A DNA stretch of 57,265 nt from a virus (lineage: Duplodnaviria; Caudoviricetes): IMG/VR virus record IMGVR_UViG_3300037247_000734, positions 1-57,265 of that record; one strand, given 5' to 3'. Every line of letters starts with the position of its first letter. The first letter of the stretch is position 1. A program made the position numbers and the translations under genes. This document shows, one piece after another, positions 8,320-19,324 of the stretch. Below the pieces are notes generated by a model. That model did no database searches. It saw only the letters and a list, made by a program, of their open reading frames with translations, and was not told the origin of the DNA.

Positions 8320-10608
8320 CTACTGATTGCTTTTCCGAATGGTATCCCGAATTTCTTCGGGAGTAAGAGTCTCTCTGATCCGCTTGGCTTCGCTAGGGAA
8401 TGGCAGAGGAACGTCACCCTTGAAGGCTGCACGAGCTCCAAGGTGAGCAGGAACTCCGAGAGTCCGTCCACCAATACCAGCAGCCATAGCAGTTCCACCA
8501 TAGACTAACGCTGATTTGACTCCACTGTGTGCTAAGCTAATCATCGTAGGAACCTGCTCAGCAAGCACTCCGATTGCCCCGCCCTTCTCGAAAGACTCGC
8601 CGATACTTGGGGGTCCCTCTCGTTGGCTGCTGGCCTCGCGGGCTTGCCGTGCCCGCTGGTTACGCTTGTAATTGAAGGACGCTCCCTCGACTGCATTCTT
8701 AACATAGCCCGAACGCTCCTGTTCCACCCTCGTCTGGTTGATGTAGGCTTGCAGATTCGGGGAAGTCAGAGGTTCCAACTCAGCAGTGATAAAGGCTGAC
8801 ACCTCGTTGAGAACGTCCGGACCCAGGTCGTTGCCGATCTTGATAATTGCGTCCATATGAGTCATGGTAGACTGGAGGTCCGCTGCATTGATACGGTTGA
8901 GGCTACCTTGTACTTCACCGGGAGGAGTCGCGGCCACACGCTCGGCAGCACCCTCCAGGGCCTCTTCCGTACTCATAAGTTCCTGAACCCGACGTTCATT
9001 CTGTTCACCTTCGTCGAGGATGCGGGTGGCGTAGACATCGGCGAGACGAGCGTACCGACCCAGTTCGCCTCGGAACTGTTCCAAGATGCTGTTCTTCTCG
9101 AAGCCCATGTGTGTCCGGTTGGCAAAGGCAGCAGCTTCACCCAAGCGGCTCTGCATCACATCCAGTCCCTTGACGAGGCCAACTGCACCCGATGGTACTC
9201 CAAGTGCCAAGGCTGTCTGTTCCGGTCCAAGCTCCGCTTCCATTTGCTGAACGAGTGAACTTGCGAGGCTGGCACCCCCTTCGCCGACGTTCTGGAACTC
9301 GGTCATCATGTGTTCTTTGATGTTATACAGGGCAGACTCAAGAGCCATCGCAGTCGCCAGTTCCTTGTCGGACTTCAGTTCCCTCTTGCCATCGAAGATT
9401 TCCGCTGCGATGACAGCAATTTCATCACCGTTCCTGCCACCACCGAAGATTTCCGCAACAGCCCCAAACGTGATCTGACGACCCATGTCGTTGAACTTGT
9501 TGGGGTTGGGGTCCGCCAGAAAGTTTTCCAACGACCGTTCAATCGCACTCCCAGCCATTGGGTTGAACATCTTGTTGTAGCCCTCATACATCTCAAGGTG
9601 GGGCCTAAGTCGATCCATTGACTGGACTATAATCCCTGCATTCTTCCGGTCCAACTCCTGTCGGAGGGACTTGTCGGTGGCGAACCGTAGATAGTCGTCT
9701 CGGGCCATCGCATCGAGAACCACGTCGGAGCTTACCAGTCGAGGAGAGTACCCCTCGGGCAACCCAAAGTTCTCTTCGTCGTTGAACACAACGCCATCCC
9801 GGGGGTAGCCCCCGAATATCTTCATCTCGAACATCTTGTCGGGGCTGATCTCACCAGGTTCGGCAATCCGCCTACCGCTCTGATGGGGAGGATCAATCAT
9901 CGGCATCATAAGAGGCTCGACGACAAGGTTGGACAAGTCCATAGTCCCGTCACCCAGGATCGTCGTCTGTACATTCTTGTTGTGTACCCGATACGCTTCG
10001 GCAATGTGACGGTCGTCATAGCTATCGTCGTGGTTGGCCGACATCAGGTCGAGCAGGTGACGACGCTTCTTGAGTTCTTTTCGACCTTCCGAACTTGAGA
10101 ACCATCCAGCCGTGAGCATCTCATCGGTGCGAGCCGAGTAGGCTGCAATAGCCTCCGAGTTCGCCGCCTTCTTAGAGAGAAAGGAATCGTGGTAGTTCGT
10201 AATCTGGTCCCGCTGGCCCTGAATAGCCGCACCCATCGCCGCTGCTTCCTTGGCTGCATCCTGTTGTAGCTTCGCGTTCAACTCTTGTTGCTGTACCGCG
10301 AACGTCTTGTCCTCAGCTCGTTCCCGTTGCCTCGTTGATTGTTGTTCCGCACGCTCAAGGCCCCTGGTTACTTGATTGGCCACCTCAGTAGCCGCTCCAC
10401 CACCGGCCTGTGCCGCAGCAGCAACTTGCCTCTGATTCTCTTCCTGGGCCTGCTGCATGGTCCTGAGTAGTTTGTTGAACTGCTCCTGTTGCTGCTGTTG
10501 CATGGCAACCAACGCCGCAATCGGGCTGGACTTAACCCCCGGTCCGAGCATCTGAGGGATGCGAACCTGTGTGCCCGCCGGTGCCGCCTTATCTCTTGCT
10601 CTTGGCAT
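8320..10608 (-). CDS. Putative internal virion protein, Gln-rich coiled coil
   Basis: 762-aa helical ORF with Q-rich N-terminus; position. Confidence 0.55.
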   Translation of the reverse strand: MPRARDKAAPAGTQVRIPQMLGPGVKSSPIAALVAMQQQQQEQFNKLLRTMQQAQEENQRQVAAAAQAGGGAATEVANQVTRGLERAEQQSTRQRERAEDKTFAVQQQELNAKLQQDAAKEAAAMGAAIQGQRDQITNYHDSFLSKKAANSEAIAAYSARTDEMLTAGWFSSSEGRKELKKRRHLLDLMSANHDDSYDDRHIAEAYRVHNKNVQTTILGDGTMDLSNLVVEPLMMPMIDPPHQSGRRIAEPGEISPDKMFEMKIFGGYPRDGVVFNDEENFGLPEGYSPRLVSSDVVLDAMARDDYLRFATDKSLRQELDRKNAGIIVQSMDRLRPHLEMYEGYNKMFNPMAGSAIERSLENFLADPNPNKFNDMGRQITFGAVAEIFGGGRNGDEIAVIAAEIFDGKRELKSDKELATAMALESALYNIKEHMMTEFQNVGEGGASLASSLVQQMEAELGPEQTALALGVPSGAVGLVKGLDVMQSRLGEAAAFANRTHMGFEKNSILEQFRGELGRYARLADVYATRILDEGEQNERRVQELMSTEEALEGAAERVAATPPGEVQGSLNRINAADLQSTMTHMDAIIKIGNDLGPDVLNEVSAFITAELEPLTSPNLQAYINQTRVEQERSGYVKNAVEGASFNYKRNQRARQAREASSQREGPPSIGESFEKGGAIGVLAEQVPTMISLAHSGVKSALVYGGTAMAAGIGGRTLGVPAHLGARAAFKGDVPLPFPSEAKRIRETLTPEEIRDTIRKSNQ

Positions 10609-10632
10609 AATTAAATTCTTGATCCCTTTCGT

Positions 10633-11772
10633 CTAGAGGACTGCACCCAGGACTACTTCGAGGAGGTTCTCTATGGGACTGCCCCTCATGGATGCCACCA
10701 TTTCCTTGGTGATTTCCATGCTAGCAGTCTGTAGCCTCATAACGAAGTCCCTGCTCACAACGTCGCTGCCGATTGTGTATGCTGCTGTTGCCGCCCCGGT
10801 CAAGTCAAGGTACGGAGTGCTCTGTTCCGGAAGCGTCCGGAGAAGAATGTCGTTCCCCGTCATGGTTGCCTGTGTCCGGGTGGCCAACAACTGAGACTGC
10901 GAACTGGCAAAGGATGCTGAGGCGTTTGCCTCAATCTCTAGGAGTTGATTGGACATCTGCCCAACGGCGACCTGGGCAGCAGAGAACGCCTGTCCCTGGA
11001 GGCCGGTCAACTGTGCCTTTGCTCCCAGAACCGTACTCTCGATCTGTCCAGTGATCCCCCCGAACTTTGTGGCAATGTCCGCCGACAGTTGATTGAACGC
11101 AAGCACCGTCTGTCCGATTGCCGGAGCCATTGAAGAAGCCCCCGCCAATTTCACCTGGGAGATCATGCTTTGCTTCTGAGACTGGGTCAGGTCGGGATTC
11201 GCATTGATCTGGGCGACCTGATTGTTTACGTTACCTTGGATACCTTCAACGGCTGCCTGCATCGCAGCCGACCTGCCCTCCTCAGCCTTCCCAAGTGCCG
11301 CCTCTCGTTGAGTGTCGATCCGGTCGAAGGAGACATCGGCCTCCGCACCGAACTCATCTCGCAGTCGGTCGAACTCGTTGGTGATCTCGTCCGGAATTCC
11401 CTCAATTCGCCCTCGGGCACCTTCTATCTCCGTCCGGAACCGCTGGCGATCCTTTTCGACCTCCCCACTGGCTACGTCAATTAGCCCGGTGGTCTCTTCA
11501 ATGTCTCCCCGAACATCCCCGGCGAACAAATCGGCCTGTTTCTTGTCCTCCTGTTCAGCGAGGTTCTGTCTCGATGCTGTTACCGTATAGGCGTCTACAA
11601 GTTCCTGACCCAAACCTGCAACTGTTTCCTCCCCCCGATATGCAATGCCTGTAGGAGTTTCCGTAAGGCTGGGAGCTTCGGGTATGCCATCACCAGGCTT
11701 CTTCTTATTTCCAGAGGCCATAGAGCCCAAGCCACCAAATAACAGGTCCCGCAGTTCAGTACGTGCTGCCAT
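10633..11772 (-). CDS. Putative DNA ejection/pilot protein
   Basis: Ala/Gln-rich helical protein directly after the nozzle gene. Confidence 0.5.
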   Translation of the reverse strand: MAARTELRDLLFGGLGSMASGNKKKPGDGIPEAPSLTETPTGIAYRGEETVAGLGQELVDAYTVTASRQNLAEQEDKKQADLFAGDVRGDIEETTGLIDVASGEVEKDRQRFRTEIEGARGRIEGIPDEITNEFDRLRDEFGAEADVSFDRIDTQREAALGKAEEGRSAAMQAAVEGIQGNVNNQVAQINANPDLTQSQKQSMISQVKLAGASSMAPAIGQTVLAFNQLSADIATKFGGITGQIESTVLGAKAQLTGLQGQAFSAAQVAVGQMSNQLLEIEANASASFASSQSQLLATRTQATMTGNDILLRTLPEQSTPYLDLTGAATAAYTIGSDVVSRDFVMRLQTASMEITKEMVASMRGSPIENLLEVVLGAVL

Positions 11773-11773
11773 C

Positions 11774-14311
11774 CTATGCTACCCCTTGTCGTGACTGGGC
11801 CTCGGACGATCCGAGCATACCCTTTACCAGGACGGCTTGAAGTTCCCAATCCTGATTGCCTGCCTTGAATTCCAGGTACGGGAATAGACGGGTACTGGAG
11901 TGGTTCAAGTATACCGCCGTCTTGTCGGGAACGATGTTGAAGTTCGTCTCTACGGAGCCCAAATCAGTTTCCATCTGCCGAACACCGAACCGGAACTTCC
12001 CGTTCGTGTCGGTTGTGCCGGTGTGCCCGCCCAAATCGGAGAAGCTCGCCATGAACGACTTCGTGGTCTTTCGGGTGAACGGGTCCGGCTGGCCCGTCGC
12101 TCCCACCATAACAGGCAGAACCAGCCTCGTGACCACGGGAGCCACGGAGTAACGATCGCCCACAGCCGGGGTCCCGGACATGGTGGGTACGGTCAACTGA
12201 GTGGCACTATCCCGCGAGGTGATCGTAGCTGACTCCCCCAACAGGTCCCCCGAGAGGATGTGGAGTGTGAAACCAGCACACCCGGTCGGGAAGGTCGCAG
12301 TAGAGTCGGCGATGTTGGTCGTACTCGTTCCCGACGTGAAAGTCCCATTGACTGTTTCCCCTGCTGCGGTACCGCACATCGAACGCTTGCCCATCTCGCG
12401 GGACCCGTCGATGATGTGAACCAACCCCGCATCCGTTACAAAGTATGCCCGAACCGACCCGTCAGTCAAGACATCGGGGCCTGCTGTGAGGTGGGTCCAC
12501 GGGATGTCCTCTAGTCGGGTTACTGCACCCGTGGACTCCCAAAGAATATACACTTCCTTCTTAGTCGTATTCAAGAGGATCAGGGCACCCACCTTGGCAT
12601 CGAATTCTACATGAACGCTACCTAGAGAACCGGCCCACTCGGAGTCATCGAGGAGAACCCTGTCCAGGACGGTTACGGAGTTGATGGCTCCCGTGTTGCC
12701 GTCGATCTGCTTGAGACCCGATGACGTAACGATGAACAGTGAGTTGCCCACGCCCGTGCACCCAAAACGAGAGACACCCCCCAGCCGAAACTGGAGTCGG
12801 TTGATGACCACCTCGGAACCGGATCGCGTCACTCGATAGATGCTCGCATTGGTTACGCCGAATAGATGGTCACCTGTAGGGTAGAGCCCGAAGAACCGTT
12901 CCGCCGCATCATCGGGTCGATACTGCTGTTCGGGAGGAAAGTTCTCCGGTTCGTTGGCAGTAAGGATCGACCACACGATCGCTTCTGGAACCTGTTCGGA
13001 CTCGTCCCAGTCCTGATCCGGCGTAGCTGGCTCCTCAATGTCGGTAATGCCCACCAGAAGTCCATCCCATGCCTGGAGCCTCTTGAGCCGGGGAGTCGGA
13101 TGGAAGGTATCCAGGTATGCCGTGTACTGATGCTGTACCAGCAGTCCCGTAGGACCGAACCACTTACACTTGGCATCACCATACGTCGTACCGAGAGTTG
13201 AGTCGTTGTCGAAGTAGAGTTGAAAGAGACTCGTTCCCGTCGTGTACGTCTCCTTTTCCAGGTATTCGTTTATGAGATACAAGTTGCCCACCGGCGTATA
13301 TTTGTCGAAGGAAACTCCGCCACTGTCAATCGGTGACTTCCAAAATCGGAACCCGTCCACGTGGGGAATACCCCAATTGATGATACACGTTCGTTCGTGG
13401 AGATTGGCCTTGATCTGGTGAGTCGCACCGGCCTGGTTAGCCGGGAGATTGATCTCGTCGAGGAAGTACCGCAAGGCCGAGTTTCCCGTACCAAGGGCAG
13501 TCTCCGTCATAAGTCTCAGGTATGACCGGAGGTTGTGTTTTCGACTGATAAGCTCCACCGCCAGGGTATACTCACCTCCGGGTGTAATGTGAGCGGACGG
13601 GCCGTACACCTGGCTCGCCATCGCGTCTGAGGAGTCTCCTACAAAGGTGCCGTCGTTGTCGGCATTCAAAGGATGTCCCAGACACCGACGAGGCATGAGG
13701 CCCATGAAGCGATGCTCGAAACTATCAGAGACATACTTGTCCCAGTCATTGATCTTGTAGTCCCAGAAGTATGCCTTGTTGTAGGGCAGTTCCTTATTTT
13801 GCCACTGCGTCACATTTGAGGAGGTGTCCCCACTGATACACACGTAGATGTAGCGGCCCAGCGACGTAATGTCGAACTGGTTATAGCTGGTCAGCTTGAA
13901 GTCGTCGTAGGTATCGTAGTCCTCCAGTTCCACCACGTCGGTTGATCCGTCGCTGGAGTCCCGGTATGCGAAGTACAGCGACTTGCCGGTCCCTCCCGGA
14001 TTGTCGGCGAGAATCGCAAGACCCTTGAACGTGTGGGCGGTATTCCCCTTTTGTACAGAAACGTACTTGACAAGTACGACGTTGGCAACAGTCGTAATCG
14101 TATGACCTGCTTCGGGGTTCGGGACCCCGTGGATCGTCTCGTCGGCCATACCGGGGAACGGACGGATTGCACCCATAAAGCGGCCATCCACGCCGGTTGC
14201 CTCCACGAGCTTCGGGAGGGCTACGGCGTGCTTGTTGACCTTTGCGTCCATACCCGGCACCAGGAGCGGGTATGTCCACACGGTACTATCATCATGTTCC
14301 CGTTGAGGCAT
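11774..14311 (-). CDS. Tail nozzle / stabilization protein (P22 gp10 or tail tubular B-like)
   Basis: Beta-rich 845 aa; AIVWS...EPENFP, GDHLFGVT..SIY, VGNSLFIVT..G propeller-like pattern; position. Confidence 0.65.
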   Translation of the reverse strand: MPQREHDDSTVWTYPLLVPGMDAKVNKHAVALPKLVEATGVDGRFMGAIRPFPGMADETIHGVPNPEAGHTITTVANVVLVKYVSVQKGNTAHTFKGLAILADNPGGTGKSLYFAYRDSSDGSTDVVELEDYDTYDDFKLTSYNQFDITSLGRYIYVCISGDTSSNVTQWQNKELPYNKAYFWDYKINDWDKYVSDSFEHRFMGLMPRRCLGHPLNADNDGTFVGDSSDAMASQVYGPSAHITPGGEYTLAVELISRKHNLRSYLRLMTETALGTGNSALRYFLDEINLPANQAGATHQIKANLHERTCIINWGIPHVDGFRFWKSPIDSGGVSFDKYTPVGNLYLINEYLEKETYTTGTSLFQLYFDNDSTLGTTYGDAKCKWFGPTGLLVQHQYTAYLDTFHPTPRLKRLQAWDGLLVGITDIEEPATPDQDWDESEQVPEAIVWSILTANEPENFPPEQQYRPDDAAERFFGLYPTGDHLFGVTNASIYRVTRSGSEVVINRLQFRLGGVSRFGCTGVGNSLFIVTSSGLKQIDGNTGAINSVTVLDRVLLDDSEWAGSLGSVHVEFDAKVGALILLNTTKKEVYILWESTGAVTRLEDIPWTHLTAGPDVLTDGSVRAYFVTDAGLVHIIDGSREMGKRSMCGTAAGETVNGTFTSGTSTTNIADSTATFPTGCAGFTLHILSGDLLGESATITSRDSATQLTVPTMSGTPAVGDRYSVAPVVTRLVLPVMVGATGQPDPFTRKTTKSFMASFSDLGGHTGTTDTNGKFRFGVRQMETDLGSVETNFNIVPDKTAVYLNHSSTRLFPYLEFKAGNQDWELQAVLVKGMLGSSEAQSRQGVA

Positions 14312-14352
14312 CCTGATTACACCAACAAATAGTCAATGGGGATACGAACTGC

Positions 14353-14799
14353 TCACGTCGTCTGTGTGAGCAGTTCGTATCCCCATTGAGCAGTAGTACG
14401 CTTAACCACGAACCACGTCAATCCTCCTCCTCCATCAATAACGAAACCAGCGGACCCCGCAGGAGGATTCCCGAATATGGCGGCTAGTTCAGTAGTAGTA
14501 GGAGGGTTACTTACATCAGCCAACGAAATCGGAAGCAACACTGTTCTGGCAAGCCCCTCCTCCTTGATGAGGTCGGTACGAGCTTTCGATCCTTTACTTT
14601 CATCAACCGGGGTTACACCCTCCAACTGAACTTCGGGTGCCAACCGCCCCTCGTCAGGAGGAGGTTGATCCGGACCGGGCTCGCTGAACATAGGCCGTTG
14701 TCCCCATTGTGAAGTAGCCGAGCCAAGAGCCGGACGTAGTGCAGAACGGGAACGAGTCTCCGGCTTATTGGGGTCTCGTAATCTGTCCCAGTATCTCAT
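14353..14799 (-). CDS. Hypothetical virion protein
   Basis: TAATG coupling with the upstream gene. Confidence 0.6.
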   Translation of the reverse strand: MRYWDRLRDPNKPETRSRSALRPALGSATSQWGQRPMFSEPGPDQPPPDEGRLAPEVQLEGVTPVDESKGSKARTDLIKEEGLARTVLLPISLADVSNPPTTTELAAIFGNPPAGSAGFVIDGGGGLTWFVVKRTTAQWGYELLTQTT

Positions 14800-17780
14800 T
14801 AGTAGTTGCTCCGGTTCGGGTTGTCCCAGGTGTCCCCATCAAAGTGGTGGGGGAACCGACCCTCCATCTTGCTGACCTGCCGCCGCATTGCGGACATCTT
14901 GACCGCGTAGTTCGTGGAGAGCGTGGACATCCGTTGCGAGTTGCCCTCCTGAGAGAGCAGGTCGATCGAAGCCCGCAGAGCCACGAGGTGCTTAATCATC
15001 CGACTGTAGATCGGAATGACTTCGTACACGAGTGTCCCTGTCGGAGTGGTGTCCCACGCCTTATTGATCGTGGCAACACGGGTGGTTACATTGTAGGCCG
15101 TGATGAGCCGTTCCTCCTGGACGTTCTCGGTGGAGGAGATGACACGAACCAACATGCCCACGTATTCGTTTGGTCTCTTCCCCAGAGTCCCGTCCGTGGG
15201 GGTCGCCATTAGGGTAATGGTACTAGCCGCCACGTCCTCCGCAGTGCCCTTGTGCATGAGGGGCTCGGAGTTCGGCATGTACATCAGTTCCAACGTGTCG
15301 GTCGAGACCCAGTTGCGGAGGAGACGGAGGACGTTACCTTCCAGCACCCAACCAGACCCGATGGGATTCATGTAGGACCCGGGCCATATCTCATAGTCGG
15401 GCAGCCCGGTGGTGGAGTTAATCTTCGCAACCCGAATCAATTCTGCCACGTTCGGGGGTAGAATGTAATCCTGGGTCCCGTCCACCAGAGTAATGCTGTA
15501 CCGGATGATAATCGGGTGGTCGGTGTTGACGTGAATGTCCGTCATAACCGTGTCCATACCGACCTGGATCAGTTCGACAATGTCGCCGTCCGTGTACTTC
15601 GCCGAAGCACCCGGCTCATCAGTGGCCTTGCGAATAAGCGACACCACGTCAGAAAGGAATCCAGAGCCGGAGAGAGAGGAAGCACTAACCACAGCAGGAG
15701 CCACAAGGGTATCAATGGCATCCCGAATCTCCTTAAGACTGTCGGTACTTGTATCGAAACCCGACCCTTCGATGAGGGCAAGCCGCTCACCCTGGTACTC
15801 CAGACTGTCGGTCGTTGGGTCATACGTGCCGACAGAGGACGGCGTAACCGCCCCCTTCGACATGATGGACCGAAGGTGGTCGATCAGTCTGTTGGGTGAC
15901 GTGGCAGCGAAGCCTGATGCCAGAACACTGAGTAGGGTAAGAGCACCTGCGTCAGCCCGGAAAACCTCAACGAGGTCTCCGGAACCAGGCGTAAACCCGA
16001 GAGCGGGGCTGACTGTAAAAGACGGGTCGCTGTCATCGTAGTCATCGACCACACGCATGTTGAACCGGGCGGTCGTCTTATCAGTGCCGTCATAGACGAC
16101 AATGATCGTGTTATTGTAGTCGTCGTCAGCACCCCCTGATGGCGGATCAGCGGCTTGTACGAACACCTTCGTGGTGGTTGAGGAAGCTGTTGAGGTCCCG
16201 TTAAAGATTCGAGTGGACGAGTCAAGAATCTGTCCACTGTCAATTCGGGCATCATCCACCAGGGTAAGGTTCGTGATTCCGGAAATAGTAAATGGTCCTC
16301 GGATGGCAACAGTTCCTCCGGTACAGGTTCCTTCGATAACCTGCCCTCGTCCCTCAATGGAGGCCGTATCGGTGCTGGCGGCGTCCCCCATTGACTCCAA
16401 CTGGATGCCTCCACTGTAGTCCCGCATGTTCAGGTTTGTGTTACCGATCGCGTCCCCAAACTCGAATACGGGGGTGCCTGTTCCGGCAATCGCGGAGCCA
16501 CACCTATCATAGAAGTAGTCCCCAGCCTCAACGACCGTTTGGGTTCCGGCGATCCCACACTCCATGAAGTGGGTGTCCTTTATGATGGACATCGCTCCGA
16601 GTTGGCAGCCCATGAAGGATTGGCCCGACCCCGTTCCCGCCATTAACCCACTGACGGTAGCCCCCTGGACATGGATACCGACCATCGTCTGGTTCTCCAG
16701 GGCCAGGGTCCAGTTGTCACCGAAGAAGGAGTATCCGGAGGACGTTGCAGCCAACGTGATTGTGGACCCGTTGATGATGTGAAAGTCCTTGATGCCCAGA
16801 CTGATAGCCAGGACGTATGCCGCTGCAATTGTGCTTACCGGATTGTCAGCAGTCCCATCTACGAAATCCTCGGTGTTGGTGTTGGGTGGGGAGGCATTCG
16901 TGTCTACCCATATGGCTCCTCCTGCGTACCCAACTGTTCTCGAAACTATGGTGTACTCCACGAGAATCTGGTCCACCAGCAACTTCGTCGTATCGGTAAA
17001 AGCCACACTTCCGGTATTATACCGAATTCGGACTTTCCCTATGTCGCTACCTGTTCCTACGTGAGCGGCAATCAGGGTATAGTCGTCGCTTTGATGAACG
17101 GTCCCGGATTGAAGTGAACCAATTTGGTTCCACGCCGGGGTGCCGGTCCAGTTCCAGGCGTATACTGTAATGTTTTTCCCGGTACCACCGCCTTTGTTCA
17201 ACTGGTGATGGGCTGTAACACCAGTAGGCAAGCCATCGCCACCGATGGTGAACTCATAGTACACGTCGATCTTTCTGGTCCCGCCGTCATTTATGGCCTC
17301 GATGTCGTGGGTTGTTTCATCGAGAACGTGTGTACTGTCCTCGTCGTTGGCCTCGTTCTCACCCTTTGTAATGGTGAACCCATCAGGCTCATCCTTAGGT
17401 GGTTGACTGATCGCAGCCCCGGTGGAGAACACCACTTCGTTCGTTAGCTGAACGTCCTCTACAGCGGGGGCGAATCCCGTTCCTGAAACGACTAATAGAA
17501 CACCCTCGACTCCAATGGCGAAGGCTGCATCTGGCCAGTCCACCCTGTATAGACCGGGACTGGAGGTGCCATCCACCTCAAACATCTTGTTGTCTGCATG
17601 AACCGAGTCGGTTGCATCCAAGGCTGTTGCGTCCGCCTTCGCTGCGGGAGCCTCCCCATACCGGGTATACTGTAGATCGAGGTCCGTGATGGTTACACCA
17701 GTTTCGGGAGACCCATCGGAGGAATCCACGATCATCACGTACCGAGAAACGTCAGTTGTACCCTTGGTAAGTTCCGGCAC
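14799..17780 (-). CDS. Tail protein: beta-rich N-terminal region fused to a head-tail adaptor-like C-terminal domain
   Basis: C-terminal LSDVVSLIRKATDE...YTDGDIVELI...ITLVDGTQDYILP pattern; Thr/Gly/Asp-rich N-terminus. Confidence 0.55.
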   Translation of the reverse strand: MPELTKGTTDVSRYVMIVDSSDGSPETGVTITDLDLQYTRYGEAPAAKADATALDATDSVHADNKMFEVDGTSSPGLYRVDWPDAAFAIGVEGVLLVVSGTGFAPAVEDVQLTNEVVFSTGAAISQPPKDEPDGFTITKGENEANDEDSTHVLDETTHDIEAINDGGTRKIDVYYEFTIGGDGLPTGVTAHHQLNKGGGTGKNITVYAWNWTGTPAWNQIGSLQSGTVHQSDDYTLIAAHVGTGSDIGKVRIRYNTGSVAFTDTTKLLVDQILVEYTIVSRTVGYAGGAIWVDTNASPPNTNTEDFVDGTADNPVSTIAAAYVLAISLGIKDFHIINGSTITLAATSSGYSFFGDNWTLALENQTMVGIHVQGATVSGLMAGTGSGQSFMGCQLGAMSIIKDTHFMECGIAGTQTVVEAGDYFYDRCGSAIAGTGTPVFEFGDAIGNTNLNMRDYSGGIQLESMGDAASTDTASIEGRGQVIEGTCTGGTVAIRGPFTISGITNLTLVDDARIDSGQILDSSTRIFNGTSTASSTTTKVFVQAADPPSGGADDDYNNTIIVVYDGTDKTTARFNMRVVDDYDDSDPSFTVSPALGFTPGSGDLVEVFRADAGALTLLSVLASGFAATSPNRLIDHLRSIMSKGAVTPSSVGTYDPTTDSLEYQGERLALIEGSGFDTSTDSLKEIRDAIDTLVAPAVVSASSLSGSGFLSDVVSLIRKATDEPGASAKYTDGDIVELIQVGMDTVMTDIHVNTDHPIIIRYSITLVDGTQDYILPPNVAELIRVAKINSTTGLPDYEIWPGSYMNPIGSGWVLEGNVLRLLRNWVSTDTLELMYMPNSEPLMHKGTAEDVAASTITLMATPTDGTLGKRPNEYVGMLVRVISSTENVQEERLITAYNVTTRVATINKAWDTTPTGTLVYEVIPIYSRMIKHLVALRASIDLLSQEGNSQRMSTLSTNYAVKMSAMRRQVSKMEGRFPHHFDGDTWDNPNRSNY

Positions 17781-18814
17781 TACTGCTTACCTCCCCGCTT
17801 ATTCGGCATCAGGAGTCCACCGACTGCTCCACCACCGGCTGCTTGGATGGCACCCATGTCCATCTCGTCCGCCGAATAGTCCGAACCAGTCCCTTTCGCC
17901 GGGGAAGCCGCGTTCAGAGAGTAATCAGCACCAGCTACTTCGTCCACAAAGTCGGGGGCATCGGTCACTTCCGCCTCCTGCCCCGAAGCGTCTCCTGCAT
18001 AGTTTGCTGTATTACTATTGAGAAGATTGTGTACCAGGATGTCCCTATCACCTGAGTAACTTTGTATACCAGTAGCACAATCGTAAATGATAGTGTTGAT
18101 GACAACGACGTGGTTACGCCAAGCACTGGTCGTATAGACCCCAAAGGTCGTGCCCTTACCATCGCCATCTATGGTGCAGTTTATGACTACTATACCTCGC
18201 TCATTGGACGGCCCTGCGTCAATGGCTTGTGACCCCTGTGAGAAGAATACACAGTTGTAACAAATGAGATTTCCATCGCAGTCAATACCCGCTCCACCAT
18301 TTCGGTAGAACCCACAGTTGATGAACGTCGATCCAGTTCTGACAGCAGCACCGTCGCTTGTATTGTCAAGGAACTCACACTCGTAGAAACAACCGGCGTA
18401 ACCCATCACACAACCGTCAGCGGTGGCATTCTTAAAGACGCAGTTACGCCATGTAATGTCGTAGGATGAGAGGCTCGTACAGTTAGCGTTTGCACTGTTA
18501 GCATCGAAGATGAAGTTCTTGAAGCAGTAGAGACACTGCGTAGCAATGCTATCAAGGAGCGTGCCCACAATAGTTACCTGCCCACCGTCGCCTGGACTAG
18601 CAGTGTAACCCTCAAAGACGATCTCGGTGACAGTACCTCCGGCTGTATCTATAATCGGAGATTCAGTATATGTGCCATCGGCCTTGACCCAGACCTTCTC
18701 CCCCGCCGCGATTGTATTCATGGCCTTGTCAATGGTTTTGAAGGCCAGGGCTTCACTGAGGCCAGTGTCGGTGTCGTCCCCTGTTGCGTCACTAACGTAG
18801 TATGGACCCGCCAT
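17780..18814 (-). CDS. Right-handed parallel beta-helix protein (tailspike or receptor-binding-like)
   Basis: YYVS...GDD...G.S...AFKTI.KA start; repeated NC.F..N units; DYSL...SPAKG.G and DMGA ending. Confidence 0.75.
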   Translation of the reverse strand: MAGPYYVSDATGDDTDTGLSEALAFKTIDKAMNTIAAGEKVWVKADGTYTESPIIDTAGGTVTEIVFEGYTASPGDGGQVTIVGTLLDSIATQCLYCFKNFIFDANSANANCTSLSSYDITWRNCVFKNATADGCVMGYAGCFYECEFLDNTSDGAAVRTGSTFINCGFYRNGGAGIDCDGNLICYNCVFFSQGSQAIDAGPSNERGIVVINCTIDGDGKGTTFGVYTTSAWRNHVVVINTIIYDCATGIQSYSGDRDILVHNLLNSNTANYAGDASGQEAEVTDAPDFVDEVAGADYSLNAASPAKGTGSDYSADEMDMGAIQAAGGGAVGGLLMPNKRGGKQ

Positions 18815-19243
18815 TTACTGTACCTCCCCACCACTAATAGGAGAACTGAAAGCAAAGGGGATCGGCCTGAGACCCTTATCGGTCAGCCTCTTTTTCGCCC
18901 AGTCCCAACGATTCTGGTCCTCCCGAATCTTGTCAACCTCGTTCCGAACTCGGTCCCTCTCCTTGGAGATAAGACGCTGCTTCTTAACCTTCCAGTCAAC
19001 GGGCTTCCAGCACTCCACGATCATCCGGATAAACTCGGGAGTTATCTTCTCGAACGACATCCCGAGGTCCTCCATCTCCTCGACAAGGTGACGACCCTCA
19101 TGGACATAGTAGGCCAACACCCACTCGCCGGTCTCTGCGTTCCAGAAGGTGATGATGTCCGGGAACTGTAGTTTGCGTCGAAACAGCCTCGCAGCAGGAG
19201 TGTCCTTCACCAGATGCTTATTGGGATCAATGACTGTAAGCAT
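18815..19243 (-). CDS. Hypothetical protein
   Basis: ATG at 19243 with AGGAG RBS. Confidence 0.65.
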   Translation of the reverse strand: MLTVIDPNKHLVKDTPAARLFRRKLQFPDIITFWNAETGEWVLAYYVHEGRHLVEEMEDLGMSFEKITPEFIRMIVECWKPVDWKVKKQRLISKERDRVRNEVDKIREDQNRWDWAKKRLTDKGLRPIPFAFSSPISGGEVQ

Positions 19244-19269
19244 AACTCCTCTCGCTCGTTCCTCCAACA

Positions 19270-19305
19270 GAAAAGCCGGGCCGGATTTCTCCGAACCCGG
19301 CTTCT
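19270..19305 (-). terminator. Intrinsic terminator after the major capsid gene
   Basis: Minus strand AGCCGGGTTCGGA-GAAA-TCCGGCCCGGCT followed by TTTC. Confidence 0.7.
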
Positions 19306-19324
19306 CTTGGGGAGGAGGAGGATT

